The notes under the pieces were generated by a model, which did not search any database, was not told the DNA's origin, and saw nothing but the letters and a program-made list of their open reading frames with translations. Made by a program: the position numbers and the translations under genes. A stretch of 64,000 nt of DNA from IMG/VR virus record IMGVR_UViG_3300020470_000690, positions 1,494-65,493 of that record; one strand, 5' to 3'. Below are positions 10,316-21,353 of the stretch, in pieces. How positions within the stretch are numbered: position 1 is the stretch's first letter; every line of letters begins with the position of its first letter. Source of the stretch: a virus (Duplodnaviria; Caudoviricetes).

Positions 10316-10563
10316 TGTTTCTCCTTTACTAATTGCAATAGTAGTCCTTTTATGTCAGACATATCTGATTTTAGATCATTCACTTCTTTTTGTAAAGAGG
10401 TGAAATTACGTTTAGATCGCTGCCTTTCATTATAAGACTGCATGTATTTAGAGTACTCGTCTGTATCGGTCATTACGATAGCATTGGACTCTGTATCCCT
10501 ACAGTATCCTTTGTTTTCATCACCCTCGACGGGTACAAATCGTTTTCCAGTAAAAGCAGTCAT
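10312..10563 (-). CDS. Conserved small phage protein downstream of the VrlC-like gene
   Basis: VEG...RD..SNAIV...EY..Y plus C-terminal coiled coil EVNDLKSDMSDIKGLL; its start shares base 10563 with the upstream stop. Confidence 0.75.
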   Translation of the reverse strand: MTAFTGKRFVPVEGDENKGYCRDTESNAIVMTDTDEYSKYMQSYNERQRSKRNFTSLQKEVNDLKSDMSDIKGLLLQLVKEKQ

Positions 10564-13500
10564 TATGAAGCAAACGCAATGGCACGGAAGTCTTTAATAA
10601 GAGGAACTTTTGCTTGACTGGTAGACTTCATAACAATCTTAACCTGGAATGCTTGGAATTCCTCACCCTCTACAGTGTACTCAAAATCTTCCCACTCTTC
10701 CTCACCAACATTAGTAGATCCAACATCAGGGATAGGTATAGCAACAAAACCAATGTCACGCATTGCCTTGTCGGAGCCTGGTTTCTGTACTCTATAATAT
10801 AGTGATATGTTAGAGTCACCAAATCTCTGCATAGCAATCATAATCTTGATTGAGCGAGAGATGTTAGCAAGCTTAGCAATCTTAGTCAAGTAAACTGCTT
10901 CGTTCTGATCACCAGATGGTAGTAAAGAAACATTAGCAGTGGTATCAATTTCAGACTGAAGTCCTAATACCTGAGCACCACCTGGCCAACTATTGACCCT
11001 ATTACTTGTAGTAATAGCAGACACACGGTCTAAGTCAATAACTGGAGTAAGGTTTGCCTTCTCAGTCTTCATATCAATTCTCATGATGAAGGATTTATTA
11101 CCTTCTAACTTATTATCTTCATTGATCTGTGAACAGATAATCCTTGGATTATCATACTGATTCTCTTCATTAATCTGAATGATATCATATGTACCATTAT
11201 TAATAAATGATGCTTGGTCAGCAATAGTACCACCACTACCGATAGATGTACCAGAAGTAGTATTGACAGATGCTTCTATAGAAGTCTCCTTAAAGTTCAT
11301 CACTTGGATGGTAGGAGTGATCATCTCAAATGGTACGTTCTGAGTGGCAGTAGTACCAGCACCACCTCCACGAATACCAACACTAGAGATAGAAGTAGTT
11401 GCTAATGTATAAGAGTCAAGTGTAGGATCATCTATAGCAGTATGAGTCTTATTGATCTCTGTTAAAGGAATACCATCAAGGTTGTAGCAGTATACTACAC
11501 TTCCACTTGGCCATTCTTTTGCTACTGTAGATGCTGAACCTCTGCCTGAGGTAGCAACAGTTATGGTAGTACCAGTATCATTGATTGCACTGTATGCAAT
11601 AATCTCATTATCTGGATCCCAGTTTCTCCATGCTTCAGTTGCTTCATCTTCTCCTGGAATAGCAGACATTACTGTTGCTTCAGAAGCAGCAACAATCTTG
11701 ATATATCCTTGGTTAGTATTACCAATATTTTGTCCATTAATGATCTTATGGAAACCACCTGCTTCCTGAACACTAATAGAAGTTGCTGTAGATGACAGTG
11801 TAGAAGTTAATACTGTTGATGGTACTTCAGACTCAACACCACTAATCGTTACATTATTAGAACGATTGTGCATACCATGGTTAGGGTGGAAGATCTGAAT
11901 CTTCTTATCACCAGTCCTAGGTGCAGGTGTTAGAGCGGGGTAGGCGGTATAGCTGTCACCACCGTAGGAAGCACTAGACAAAGTACCAGAAACTCCGCCA
12001 GGCTCTGATAAGGTGTCGTTTGATACATCAAACTGACTGTCAACATAATTCGCTGTAATAGTCTGTGTTCCACTTACATAGTTGGTTACGACGGCAGTTG
12101 CACCAGACGATGAACCTGTGATTACATCACCAACCTCAAATACACCGTTGTTAACAGTGGACATGACTATGGTTGCAGTACCCTGAGAGGACTTAAGACT
12201 CTGGAAGGGATCTCCATTACCATCAATAAAACCTTGAGCAAACGTTCCAACAATATCTGTTACTAATATTGTTTGTGGGTTTGCAGCAGCATCAAATTCT
12301 ACAACAGTTGCAGAAGCAGTTGATGGGGTCTGAATAATACGAGCACCAACTGTAAAGTTGTAGGATGTGCCTGTTGGTAATGTGATTAACTGTTTGGGTT
12401 TAATCGTTGTTACACTATTATTTACCAAACTTAATATTCCGTCATTTGCAAGACCCAATTTCGTATTATTAAATATCGCTCTACCTGTAACAGAAGTATC
12501 AAACTGAGCACGATATAATGAGAACTTAAGGTCTTCATACTGGTCAGCAGTCCATGTAGATGCGTTCTGTGATTTAAACAGAACACCAGCATATGGCTGC
12601 TCAGATATAGTTCTAGTACCAGTGATATCAATATCACCCATTCTAGATATCCATACCTTATACTCGTTAGAGTCAGAGAACAGTACGAAACAATGCTCCT
12701 CTGACATTGGAATATAAACAGGAGCAGGGAAGTTAAACCTCGTAGCAATAGATGCGTTCTCTGAAACCTCAACCTGTGATGGTTCTAAGGTAACGTCAGA
12801 GAAAGGTAGAATGTCCTTAGTAGGATAACCATTCTCCATAGGACGTATCTGCATAGAGATAGGAATGTTACTATCCTTGGTACCGAAGTAGATATCTACA
12901 CCAGTAACGAATGTACCACCCTCTTCCTCAAGTAAGAATGATTGTGCAAGTGGATCCCACCAACCAACCTGTCTAACATTAGTACGAACAGAACGAACTG
13001 TCCTTCTATCAGATACAGTGTCACGAACAATCTGTGCATTTCTAACAGCAAGTACGTTTTCCTGTACAGTATTAAGTGTACCTCTTGCTGTATATTCTGC
13101 CTCAGCAGCTGAGTCAACTGCACCAGGAAGTCTGCTGTCTGTGTCAGAAGACGATAGACGGAAGACCCTACTACCAGTTGCCCAACGTGGATTAGAACTG
13201 TTCTGTGGGTTGGGTATAAAGAATACACCATTCATATTACCAGTCAAGTCTGACATCAGACGGCGGTCTTTAACAACAGCACGTGCACCTGAGGTCTGAC
13301 CTACAAGGATCTCACCAATATTAATATTACCGTAGTAATCAGGAGAGACAGTCCTTGCCATCACCTGAGTATCAACGTTTAATATATCAGTTTGTGATGC
13401 ATATGAGTCAGGTAATGCAGCATTTGTTTGACTATATGGATTAGTGACTAATCCACTGTTAGGAGCAGCAACCCTAAATCTTGATCCAGATGTTACACCA

Positions 13501-16500
13501 ATAACTGTCTCACCAATAACGAAAGGTGTTTCGTTAGTTCTGGTGTCTTCTGTAGAGTTCTTAACGATCTCAATTAGTTTAGGTGTAATGTAATTAATTA
13601 CTTGGTCACCATCAAAGAATGCATACATTCTTGTCTTTGGCTTAATTCTTTGTACATCAAATGCAACGTTCCTAGAACGAATCCATGGGATAAATGTACT
13701 ATCAATGATGCTATCACCTAAGGATCTTCTATCAATCCTTGGTACAACACGAGTTCTAACACCACTCCTTACCTGACGACGGGTAGTAGTGATAGTCTCA
13801 CCACGTAACACACGACGAGGTACACCACGAGCGAATGTAGTCTCCCTCCATGTTCTAGTACCTGATCTACGAGTACCAGTCCATGCGGTTCTCCAACCTC
13901 TCCACTGTACAGGTGCAAAACCTTGCTGGTTTACACGCAATCTACGACGTGTTGCTTGGAAGTTACCTTCGATAGATGTTACTCTAACAGGAGCACGACG
14001 TGTATCAGTCCAGTCATCAGATGCTGGAGTTAGGTCAATACGACCAATAAATGTAAAGACGTTAAATGGGTTAACATTCTCCATACGTGAAGCGTATGGT
14101 TGGTTAATAATCATCTGCTCCACCCATGGAAGAGTCAGAATATTCGCAATAGGTTTATTGACATTGGTTGACAGAGCAGAACTCCACTCTAATGCAACGT
14201 TAGTTGTATAGTGTGAAGGACGTAGTATACCCTCAGTAAAGTCAAGAGAGCACTTATAGTCAATATTATCAGTATCTGAAGTACCATGATCGGTGAAGTC
14301 ATCCACCATGAAACCATTCTTCAGACGGTCAAAACCATCAGCATCAAATGCTTTTACGTTTCTTGCATCATTCTCTAATAAAGTAAGAGAAGTATAATAC
14401 TCAACAGACTGCAAACGTCTATCCATGTTACCGATATCTTCCATCGTGTAACGACGTTGTTGATGCAGTGAGATAAGAATATCTTCATTTACATCATAAA
14501 CATAAGGAGCATAACGGATCTTTGCTAACATCATAGCGTTATCAAGATCGTCTGCTTCTGGAGGATCTTCAGCAGGTACACCCATTGATAGTTTTAGATC
14601 ACCATCATGGGTCATGAATAATTTGTCTTGCCTTGGTAGATAGTATTCATAGTCACAACGGAACTGCTCTTCTACCTTAGGTATATTAAAGATAGTGGAA
14701 CCACCAGCACCACCAGTACTAGTGAATACTCTTGAGGCAAAGTCTAAACTTACACAATTAACATAATAAGGTTGTTCGACAGTACCCTGTCCAGATGCTA
14801 GTTCACCAACAGCAGGTCTAAAGTCTATATTATCTGTAAGAACTTTACTATTATTTTCACCTCTCCATCTAGGAATCTCAGTGAAGCCGATTCCAGAGTA
14901 AGATTGGTTAGAGAAATAGTCACCCGATGCTTCATGAACGAAATAGTCGAAGACAACAGCCAACTTTCTACGTGGTTCTGGTGTGCCACCCTTCCTAACA
15001 AGTTTCGAAACATTATAAAAATACGATGTATAATTAGAATCTAAATCAAAGTTTGCTGTGATATTCTTTGATCCTCTCTCTACTGAACCGTCAGCGTCAT
15101 CAATAACACCAACCAGAGCATTGAGAGCATCATCAAAACCATCAATAGTTTCACCTGAATTAAAGTTTCCGCTACTTAGTGGAACTATGTATAGTCTAAG
15201 ATTATTGGAATTAAAGGAAACAACTCTACCACGAGCACCAGATGTCCTACCAACAACAACAGAACCATTGTCAAAGAAGACGTTCTCTGTTAGTACAACA
15301 TAAGGAACCTGAGCATCCTCCTCATCTCCAGACTCAAAGACAGCATGAACCTTATAGACATCGTTCAGTGCGAATGAAATCTCTTCATCCTCAATACGTG
15401 TACCATAAAGGTTACCATAAGCTAGACCATAATTCTGAACATCATTATTGTCTCTAGTACGAACGACTTTCATCGTTCTCATCTTAGCAGCAGTCTTAAT
15501 CTTCTTGGAGACATTATTAACTGATACAGCAGCAGTTAGTGTTACTTCAGATATGTTCGCTGAACCACCACTACCATCGTTCATGCCTGTGATCTGCATG
15601 GATTGACGGTTAGCACCGAAAGATACACTAATTGTTGGTTGTGCTTTCTCAGATTCTGCTTCTATGTCTAATACTGAACCAACAGTCCATCCATATCCAG
15701 TGTTACTGTTAGCACCTTGTGTGACTGTAAGGATATAATTCTCACCATCTAATGTAGAGAACTGTTCATTCTCTGGAAGAGTAAATGTAACGTCACCAGA
15801 TGACAATTGCTTGTTAGCAAAAGTCTTCATTACCATAAATGATTCGTCAGAAATTGACTTGATAGCTTGCTTAGGCATATCAATGACAAGTTCACCATCC
15901 TGTACTGGTTTCTGAGTAAAGAAAGGACGTAAACGAACTACCTGACCTGCTTGATATTCAGCATCAGTTATAGTACCCTTAGTTAAACCTGTATCTAGTT
16001 TTGCATTTTGGGCAGCAAAATCAAATACTACAGCAGTACCAGGATCTCTTCTGTTAGCAGTAGTATATCCTATATCTGTATAGTCAATTCTCCTAATACG
16101 TAATGAGTTAGAACCTTTAAAGTCTGTAGCAGTTGGAGATATAACCTCACCTGCACGAATGTCTGCTGACAAACGAGTACCATATCCTTCGACATCACCA
16201 GCACCTGCCTGATCAATAGTGATAGTATTACCACTAAGTGAAGCAACATCATTAAGAGTTAGTGATGCAGTAAAGATTACAGTAGCACCATCCTTACCTA
16301 CTACCTGACGAATGTCAGATTGCTCATAAGAATAGATTGCATCTAGAGTGTCTAGAACTCTACCATCTCTTAGTAGAACTTCTCCAATCTGGAACTGTCC
16401 AGATATTTGATGAAGTAATGCATGCTCACCAGTACCACTGTGAACGAATCCTCTAGCACCAGATGTACGACCAACTAGAACTTCTCCAGCATTAACTGTC

Positions 16501-17927
16501 TGAGAGTTTGCAAAGTTAATTGCAGTGAACATCTGTATGTCAAACATGAATAGACGATACTTAGTACCATCAACCTCAAGTTGTAAACATCTTGCTAAAC
16601 CAATCTGTTGTCCTTGTACAGAGTTAGAAGGACCTGCACCTGACCAGTTATCACGTAATTCTAATATCTGATAACAGTTAGTTACACCTTCTCCAGAAAT
16701 CTCTGGCCAACCCCAAACATCATATACCTCACATGACTGTGATAGGTCAATAGGAATAATCTGGTTCTGACGACCTAAGAATGTACGAGGTTTAGGTGAG
16801 TCAACATAGTTAGTAGATAATAATTCTGTACGATATCCTTTAACATATGCTTTACCTGGACCAACCTCCATTGCACACCATTCTTCACTGGCAACTTGCC
16901 CATCATTGGATGTTTGACCTGCCTTATATACACCATTGTTAAAGAAATCATCTAGGTGCTCTCTAGCACGAACATCAAAAGTATTGACAACATAATCACC
17001 ATGTGTCTCATAAGTACGACGAGCAATAGACTTCTCAATCTCGTTATATGTTGTATGATCAACAAAGTTCTCTACAATAGAGTTGTTCAGACGCAACAAT
17101 TCGATGAAGTTCTTATCAGTATCATCAGCAATTGCTTTCTTAACAAGCTGTGTCTTAATTCTAAACCTGTGTGAACCTGGAGCAGAGTAGTTAGATGATC
17201 CAATTGCATTGTCCGTTAAGGAAGGATCGTCTTCTGGGGTAATGATTGATTCTGATACTTCGAATCCGACTCTGTAGGAAGGATTATTGGTATACTGATC
17301 AAGAATAATATAAGCAGAAATGATGTCAACAAAGTGACCACGGATGAAATAGACTCCTTCATTAATATATGCTGTAGAACCAATTCTTGCAGAATCAACT
17401 GGCAATAACTGTGCCCATGGAGATCCGATCTCAATCAAAGTATTACCAAAAGTTAATTCTTCTTCACAAATTAACTGTTCATTATTTTGGAATACCTTTG
17501 TAGAAGTATCTGAAGTTGTGTCACCAGACTCAATATACTTCAGATAGAATGTAATATAACCAGCAGTTGATTCAGTAGCAGGGATAGAGAAGAGAATCTT
17601 AGCCTTGATGCCAGTGGTTAGACCCTCAACAATCTTTCCGTGTAACTGAGTACGATAAGTCTCAACGTCAACTCCTAAAAATGCCTGCTGTATAAGCACA
17701 CAATGTACATTCAGGTCATAACCTATTTGACCTGGAATGACCATAGCACCTTCTTTAAACAGGTGCTGTCCCATTGCTTCGACCTGATTCTGCAGGATCG
17801 ATTGCATAGTGGTAAGTTCTCTTGCCTGGATTGGGAATCCTGGTCGGAAGAGAACTCTATAAAAGTTTTTATCTTTACTGAAATCGTCAAAATATGGAGC
17901 GATATTCAGATTAGTATTCTGTGGCAT
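10563..17927 (-). CDS. VrlC-like / DUF4815-type large virion structural protein (2454 aa)
   Basis: N-terminal NIAPYFDDF...FYRVLFRPGFPIQARELTTMQSILQNQ, YTMEDIG..D.RL..VEYYTSL, DPLAQSF, C-terminal KDFRAIA; follows gp8. Confidence 0.85.
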   Translation of the reverse strand: MPQNTNLNIAPYFDDFSKDKNFYRVLFRPGFPIQARELTTMQSILQNQVEAMGQHLFKEGAMVIPGQIGYDLNVHCVLIQQAFLGVDVETYRTQLHGKIVEGLTTGIKAKILFSIPATESTAGYITFYLKYIESGDTTSDTSTKVFQNNEQLICEEELTFGNTLIEIGSPWAQLLPVDSARIGSTAYINEGVYFIRGHFVDIISAYIILDQYTNNPSYRVGFEVSESIITPEDDPSLTDNAIGSSNYSAPGSHRFRIKTQLVKKAIADDTDKNFIELLRLNNSIVENFVDHTTYNEIEKSIARRTYETHGDYVVNTFDVRAREHLDDFFNNGVYKAGQTSNDGQVASEEWCAMEVGPGKAYVKGYRTELLSTNYVDSPKPRTFLGRQNQIIPIDLSQSCEVYDVWGWPEISGEGVTNCYQILELRDNWSGAGPSNSVQGQQIGLARCLQLEVDGTKYRLFMFDIQMFTAINFANSQTVNAGEVLVGRTSGARGFVHSGTGEHALLHQISGQFQIGEVLLRDGRVLDTLDAIYSYEQSDIRQVVGKDGATVIFTASLTLNDVASLSGNTITIDQAGAGDVEGYGTRLSADIRAGEVISPTATDFKGSNSLRIRRIDYTDIGYTTANRRDPGTAVVFDFAAQNAKLDTGLTKGTITDAEYQAGQVVRLRPFFTQKPVQDGELVIDMPKQAIKSISDESFMVMKTFANKQLSSGDVTFTLPENEQFSTLDGENYILTVTQGANSNTGYGWTVGSVLDIEAESEKAQPTISVSFGANRQSMQITGMNDGSGGSANISEVTLTAAVSVNNVSKKIKTAAKMRTMKVVRTRDNNDVQNYGLAYGNLYGTRIEDEEISFALNDVYKVHAVFESGDEEDAQVPYVVLTENVFFDNGSVVVGRTSGARGRVVSFNSNNLRLYIVPLSSGNFNSGETIDGFDDALNALVGVIDDADGSVERGSKNITANFDLDSNYTSYFYNVSKLVRKGGTPEPRRKLAVVFDYFVHEASGDYFSNQSYSGIGFTEIPRWRGENNSKVLTDNIDFRPAVGELASGQGTVEQPYYVNCVSLDFASRVFTSTGGAGGSTIFNIPKVEEQFRCDYEYYLPRQDKLFMTHDGDLKLSMGVPAEDPPEADDLDNAMMLAKIRYAPYVYDVNEDILISLHQQRRYTMEDIGNMDRRLQSVEYYTSLTLLENDARNVKAFDADGFDRLKNGFMVDDFTDHGTSDTDNIDYKCSLDFTEGILRPSHYTTNVALEWSSALSTNVNKPIANILTLPWVEQMIINQPYASRMENVNPFNVFTFIGRIDLTPASDDWTDTRRAPVRVTSIEGNFQATRRRLRVNQQGFAPVQWRGWRTAWTGTRRSGTRTWRETTFARGVPRRVLRGETITTTRRQVRSGVRTRVVPRIDRRSLGDSIIDSTFIPWIRSRNVAFDVQRIKPKTRMYAFFDGDQVINYITPKLIEIVKNSTEDTRTNETPFVIGETVIGVTSGSRFRVAAPNSGLVTNPYSQTNAALPDSYASQTDILNVDTQVMARTVSPDYYGNINIGEILVGQTSGARAVVKDRRLMSDLTGNMNGVFFIPNPQNSSNPRWATGSRVFRLSSSDTDSRLPGAVDSAAEAEYTARGTLNTVQENVLAVRNAQIVRDTVSDRRTVRSVRTNVRQVGWWDPLAQSFLLEEEGGTFVTGVDIYFGTKDSNIPISMQIRPMENGYPTKDILPFSDVTLEPSQVEVSENASIATRFNFPAPVYIPMSEEHCFVLFSDSNEYKVWISRMGDIDITGTRTISEQPYAGVLFKSQNASTWTADQYEDLKFSLYRAQFDTSVTGRAIFNNTKLGLANDGILSLVNNSVTTIKPKQLITLPTGTSYNFTVGARIIQTPSTASATVVEFDAAANPQTILVTDIVGTFAQGFIDGNGDPFQSLKSSQGTATIVMSTVNNGVFEVGDVITGSSSGATAVVTNYVSGTQTITANYVDSQFDVSNDTLSEPGGVSGTLSSASYGGDSYTAYPALTPAPRTGDKKIQIFHPNHGMHNRSNNVTISGVESEVPSTVLTSTLSSTATSISVQEAGGFHKIINGQNIGNTNQGYIKIVAASEATVMSAIPGEDEATEAWRNWDPDNEIIAYSAINDTGTTITVATSGRGSASTVAKEWPSGSVVYCYNLDGIPLTEINKTHTAIDDPTLDSYTLATTSISSVGIRGGGAGTTATQNVPFEMITPTIQVMNFKETSIEASVNTTSGTSIGSGGTIADQASFINNGTYDIIQINEENQYDNPRIICSQINEDNKLEGNKSFIMRIDMKTEKANLTPVIDLDRVSAITTSNRVNSWPGGAQVLGLQSEIDTTANVSLLPSGDQNEAVYLTKIAKLANISRSIKIMIAMQRFGDSNISLYYRVQKPGSDKAMRDIGFVAIPIPDVGSTNVGEEEWEDFEYTVEGEEFQAFQVKIVMKSTSQAKVPLIKDFRAIAFAS

Positions 17928-17931
17928 CTCT

Positions 17932-19467
17932 TTAGAATTCGATTACGATCTTGATATCTTCGATTTGGTCACCAGCACGAGAAATTGCTCCTCTGTTGTC
18001 TATGTAGATGATCTCACCAGAGTTAGGTTCGATCTCAGGTTTGGCATATCCGTTGGTGAATGACATACCAAGGTCATATTCAGTGTTATTAATAATACGT
18101 GTGGAGGCTCCAGATACAATTGGGAAGTTGATATCTGGGTCAGCAGATGTACCAGAAGTAGCACCTACGACAGGGTTACCACCCTCAAAGTCTGTCAAGT
18201 TACCAGTGATCTCAGGGAATACACCGTCAACTCTGTTCTGATAATATTTAAGAACTTTAGTTGTATCATTCCATGAAATAACCCGACCTCTAGCAGTCAC
18301 CTGTTGACCACCTACAGTTCGGGACTGGGTTACTATTTCGTCAGTTTGGAACTGACCTGTAAATGTTGGACTAAAGATAACTGCATTAGTTCCTGATAGG
18401 GTAATAGCAGATGTAAGTTCTGTAGTACCATATTGCTTAGGATTGATTACCAATCCAATACGACGATAGTCGTTATCTGTTGGGAAGTCACCTGATCCTT
18501 CATCATAGGTGAACTTCGTGTTAATCATAATTCTATATCCACCTAACTCAGAGTCTGGTTCAGCACCATGACCACTGTCAGGAGGAATAATAACATCAAT
18601 AGAAGCACCAGTACCTGTACCAGCACCAATACCGTTCACTTCATCAATAATAATCTTACCAAAGTTATATCCAGATCCACCAGATGTCACAGTAGCAGAT
18701 ACAACTCTACCACCATCAACCACTAGTGATACTCTTCCACCTACCCCATCACCCTTAATGGGTACGTTCTCATAAGTTCCGTTGTTATATCCAGTACCAG
18801 ATGCCTGAATAACAACACTATCAATCTCACCACCAACTGCATCACCAGTAACAGCAACGTCGCTGAGTACAGGCATGTAGTCGTTTGAGAAGAATTTTAA
18901 GACCTGACCAACAGGTATAGTATAAAGATACTTCCAACGATAGCCATCGGAGGTAGTGATAATACTTGTGGAAGTGCCTGTTGGCTCCACTGTCGAAGGT
19001 TTGCCATTTGGATCGGAAGGAGATGTGCCATTATATATGCACTTGTATACCTGATATTGACTATTAACTACATAAAAGTCAGCATCATATAGTTTGGTAG
19101 CACCAGATGATGCAGTCTTAGTAGAACTGTAGTCGTGACGGTACATGTCGTAAACATAACCTAGTCCACCAGTGGTTTGTTCTGGAGGTGTCCAATCGAT
19201 ACGACGTACTACCTGAACCGTGTCGTTAGCTAAAACACGTTTCATTGATATCATATCAGCAAACGTGTCTGAAAACTCTTGGAATGAGTCCACTGGAGTC
19301 GGTGGTGCGTTCTCGTTATCCCACTCTTGTGGTCTACCAATAAACACGTATAACCTGTCTCTAGAGGCTCCCGCCACGAGGTCGGACTGCGATGGGTCGG
19401 CACCCTCTAGAGACTTAATAAATCTCTCCGCAGTAAAAATTCTAAATTGATCTGTGAGAAGTGCCAT
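17932..19467 (-). CDS. gp8: Baseplate wedge subunit (T4 gp8-like)
   Basis: LYVFIGRPQEW, VYKCIYNG, DGYRWKYLY, DYRRIGLVINP, SGEIIYIDNR...EDIKIVIEF. Confidence 0.92.
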   Translation of the reverse strand: MALLTDQFRIFTAERFIKSLEGADPSQSDLVAGASRDRLYVFIGRPQEWDNENAPPTPVDSFQEFSDTFADMISMKRVLANDTVQVVRRIDWTPPEQTTGGLGYVYDMYRHDYSSTKTASSGATKLYDADFYVVNSQYQVYKCIYNGTSPSDPNGKPSTVEPTGTSTSIITTSDGYRWKYLYTIPVGQVLKFFSNDYMPVLSDVAVTGDAVGGEIDSVVIQASGTGYNNGTYENVPIKGDGVGGRVSLVVDGGRVVSATVTSGGSGYNFGKIIIDEVNGIGAGTGTGASIDVIIPPDSGHGAEPDSELGGYRIMINTKFTYDEGSGDFPTDNDYRRIGLVINPKQYGTTELTSAITLSGTNAVIFSPTFTGQFQTDEIVTQSRTVGGQQVTARGRVISWNDTTKVLKYYQNRVDGVFPEITGNLTDFEGGNPVVGATSGTSADPDINFPIVSGASTRIINNTEYDLGMSFTNGYAKPEIEPNSGEIIYIDNRGAISRAGDQIEDIKIVIEF

Positions 19468-19489
19468 GTTGCAGCTTTAACCTTCCTTA

Positions 19490-19496
19490 TATTTAG
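19490..19496 (-). promoter_or_regulatory. Late promoter variant (CTAAATA) upstream of gp8
   Basis: + strand TATTTAG in the 34-nt intergenic gap before the gp8 ATG. Confidence 0.55.
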
Positions 19497-19501
19497 TAAA
19501 C

Positions 19502-21352
19502 TTATTCTGGTTCGTTTCTAACTAGGTTAGTGAACTCCTGTTTCCAGAATACAGCAGTTGCACCAGATCCTCCACCAGTGAGTGTGTCAGAAGTGGTAAA
19601 CTTGTAGGTATTACCATTATTAGTTAATGTATCTACCTCTAATTTGACATAATCAGTCGAATATTCACTATCAAATGAGACAACTTTAGCAGTCACTCCA
19701 GTAGAGTTACCTGTAATTGTCTCACCAACAGTGAAATTAACACTATTCCAAGACCTAGCAATAATAATAGCAGTTCCTACATGTGCTATACCATCAGCGA
19801 GAGCACCAGCAGTAGAAACTGTAGAGACTAAAGGAACTAAGTTAGAGTCATATATCTGATCACCCTGTTGGAACAGAGTTGTGTTCTCACCACCTATAGT
19901 TTCCTCAATACCATATAGAGATGATGCAATACCACCATCTAAACTAATTTCATCCTCAAAGTCTGTATCAGTATTTACCAAGTCAATGATGCCATCACCA
20001 GCACCATCCAATTCATCATCATCTTCGAATACAAATCCAGTTAAGGTACCAATAGGATCTTCGAAGGTAACAATAACACCATTAACATCCTCAATTAGCA
20101 CGTGTGGAGATACACCAGTACCAGAAGAACTAGCAACACCAGCAATAAACTGAATCACAGCAGTCTTTTCATTAGAACGACCACCATCGATAAATGCTAA
20201 TTCATCAACTTCGAATGTTACGAATAATTCTCTAGTTGCAGGGTTCCAGTCATATACTATGGCAACCTTATTGGACTTATCCTCTTCTACTCTTCTGAGT
20301 CTGTCTGATACAGTAAAAGCATATCCAGATATACCATCATTGCCATTTGCTAGAGAGTCTAATACAACTCTTTGATCATAACGGAAGTTAATACCCCTAG
20401 TACATCCAGTAAAACTATTAGCAGTCTTACCAGTATATCTAACAATCTCTCCACCTATTTGGAACTTACCAGAACCTGAATATGCATTAGTTGTCTGTAC
20501 ATAGAAAGTCTGATCTGATGCAGTAGCATCACGAATAAGACCTGTAAGATTGTATACTGTACTTTCTAGAGAAGTTCTATTTCTCTGTGTTCTAATGAGG
20601 TTAGTATCTCTAGTAAAGATAACACTTGGTGGGTTAACATATCCACCACCAGGATTAAGTATGTCAATACTTGTAATAGCACCAAGGTTAATCTTAGCTT
20701 CTGCCTCAGCACCTGATCCACCACCACCAATTAACTGAATAATAGGAGGTGTCTCGAAAAATTCTCCAGCATCACTGATATTAATACCAGTAACACTACC
20801 AAATTGTTCTACTTCAGCAACACCAGTAGCACCATCTCCTCCACCTCCACCAGAGATAACAAGAGTAATATCTTCTGAACTATAGTTTCTTCCTTTTGCT
20901 TCTATAGCAAGACCAGTAACACCACCAGTTACGGGAACTAGTTCTGCACCTGATCCACCACCACCTTTAATCTCAGCAGTAGCACTAAAATATCCATCAC
21001 CAGGTTGATTTACTTGTAGGTGGGAAATTCCTCCACTACCATCATCCTTAAGAAATATATTTGCATCCCCTTTAGTCAACCCAGGGTCATCACTCTCAAT
21101 AATCAATCTTAATGGATCATATCCCTCACCAGGATCTATAACATCTACTGATAATAGATCACCATTAACACCAATATTTGCACGGAGTACAGCATCCCTT
21201 ATAGGCGTACCGCAATTTCCGATACTAAGTCTAGGAGGATCATTTGGATCATAATCCTGTCCAGGGTTAGTAACGATTACATCCTCAACACCATATACAC
21301 TGTTAAAGACTGGTTCGATTGTGGCTCCACTTCCAGGGACTGTTCTTGTCAT
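19502..21352 (-). CDS. Virion structural protein with G-rich beta repeats (616 aa)
   Basis: Repeated GGGGSGAxA...G.I..I.I...G.GY..PP units like those in gp7; located between baseplate genes. Confidence 0.7.
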   Translation of the reverse strand: MTRTVPGSGATIEPVFNSVYGVEDVIVTNPGQDYDPNDPPRLSIGNCGTPIRDAVLRANIGVNGDLLSVDVIDPGEGYDPLRLIIESDDPGLTKGDANIFLKDDGSGGISHLQVNQPGDGYFSATAEIKGGGGSGAELVPVTGGVTGLAIEAKGRNYSSEDITLVISGGGGGDGATGVAEVEQFGSVTGINISDAGEFFETPPIIQLIGGGGSGAEAEAKINLGAITSIDILNPGGGYVNPPSVIFTRDTNLIRTQRNRTSLESTVYNLTGLIRDATASDQTFYVQTTNAYSGSGKFQIGGEIVRYTGKTANSFTGCTRGINFRYDQRVVLDSLANGNDGISGYAFTVSDRLRRVEEDKSNKVAIVYDWNPATRELFVTFEVDELAFIDGGRSNEKTAVIQFIAGVASSSGTGVSPHVLIEDVNGVIVTFEDPIGTLTGFVFEDDDELDGAGDGIIDLVNTDTDFEDEISLDGGIASSLYGIEETIGGENTTLFQQGDQIYDSNLVPLVSTVSTAGALADGIAHVGTAIIIARSWNSVNFTVGETITGNSTGVTAKVVSFDSEYSTDYVKLEVDTLTNNGNTYKFTTSDTLTGGGSGATAVFWKQEFTNLVRNEPE

Positions 21353-21353
21353 C

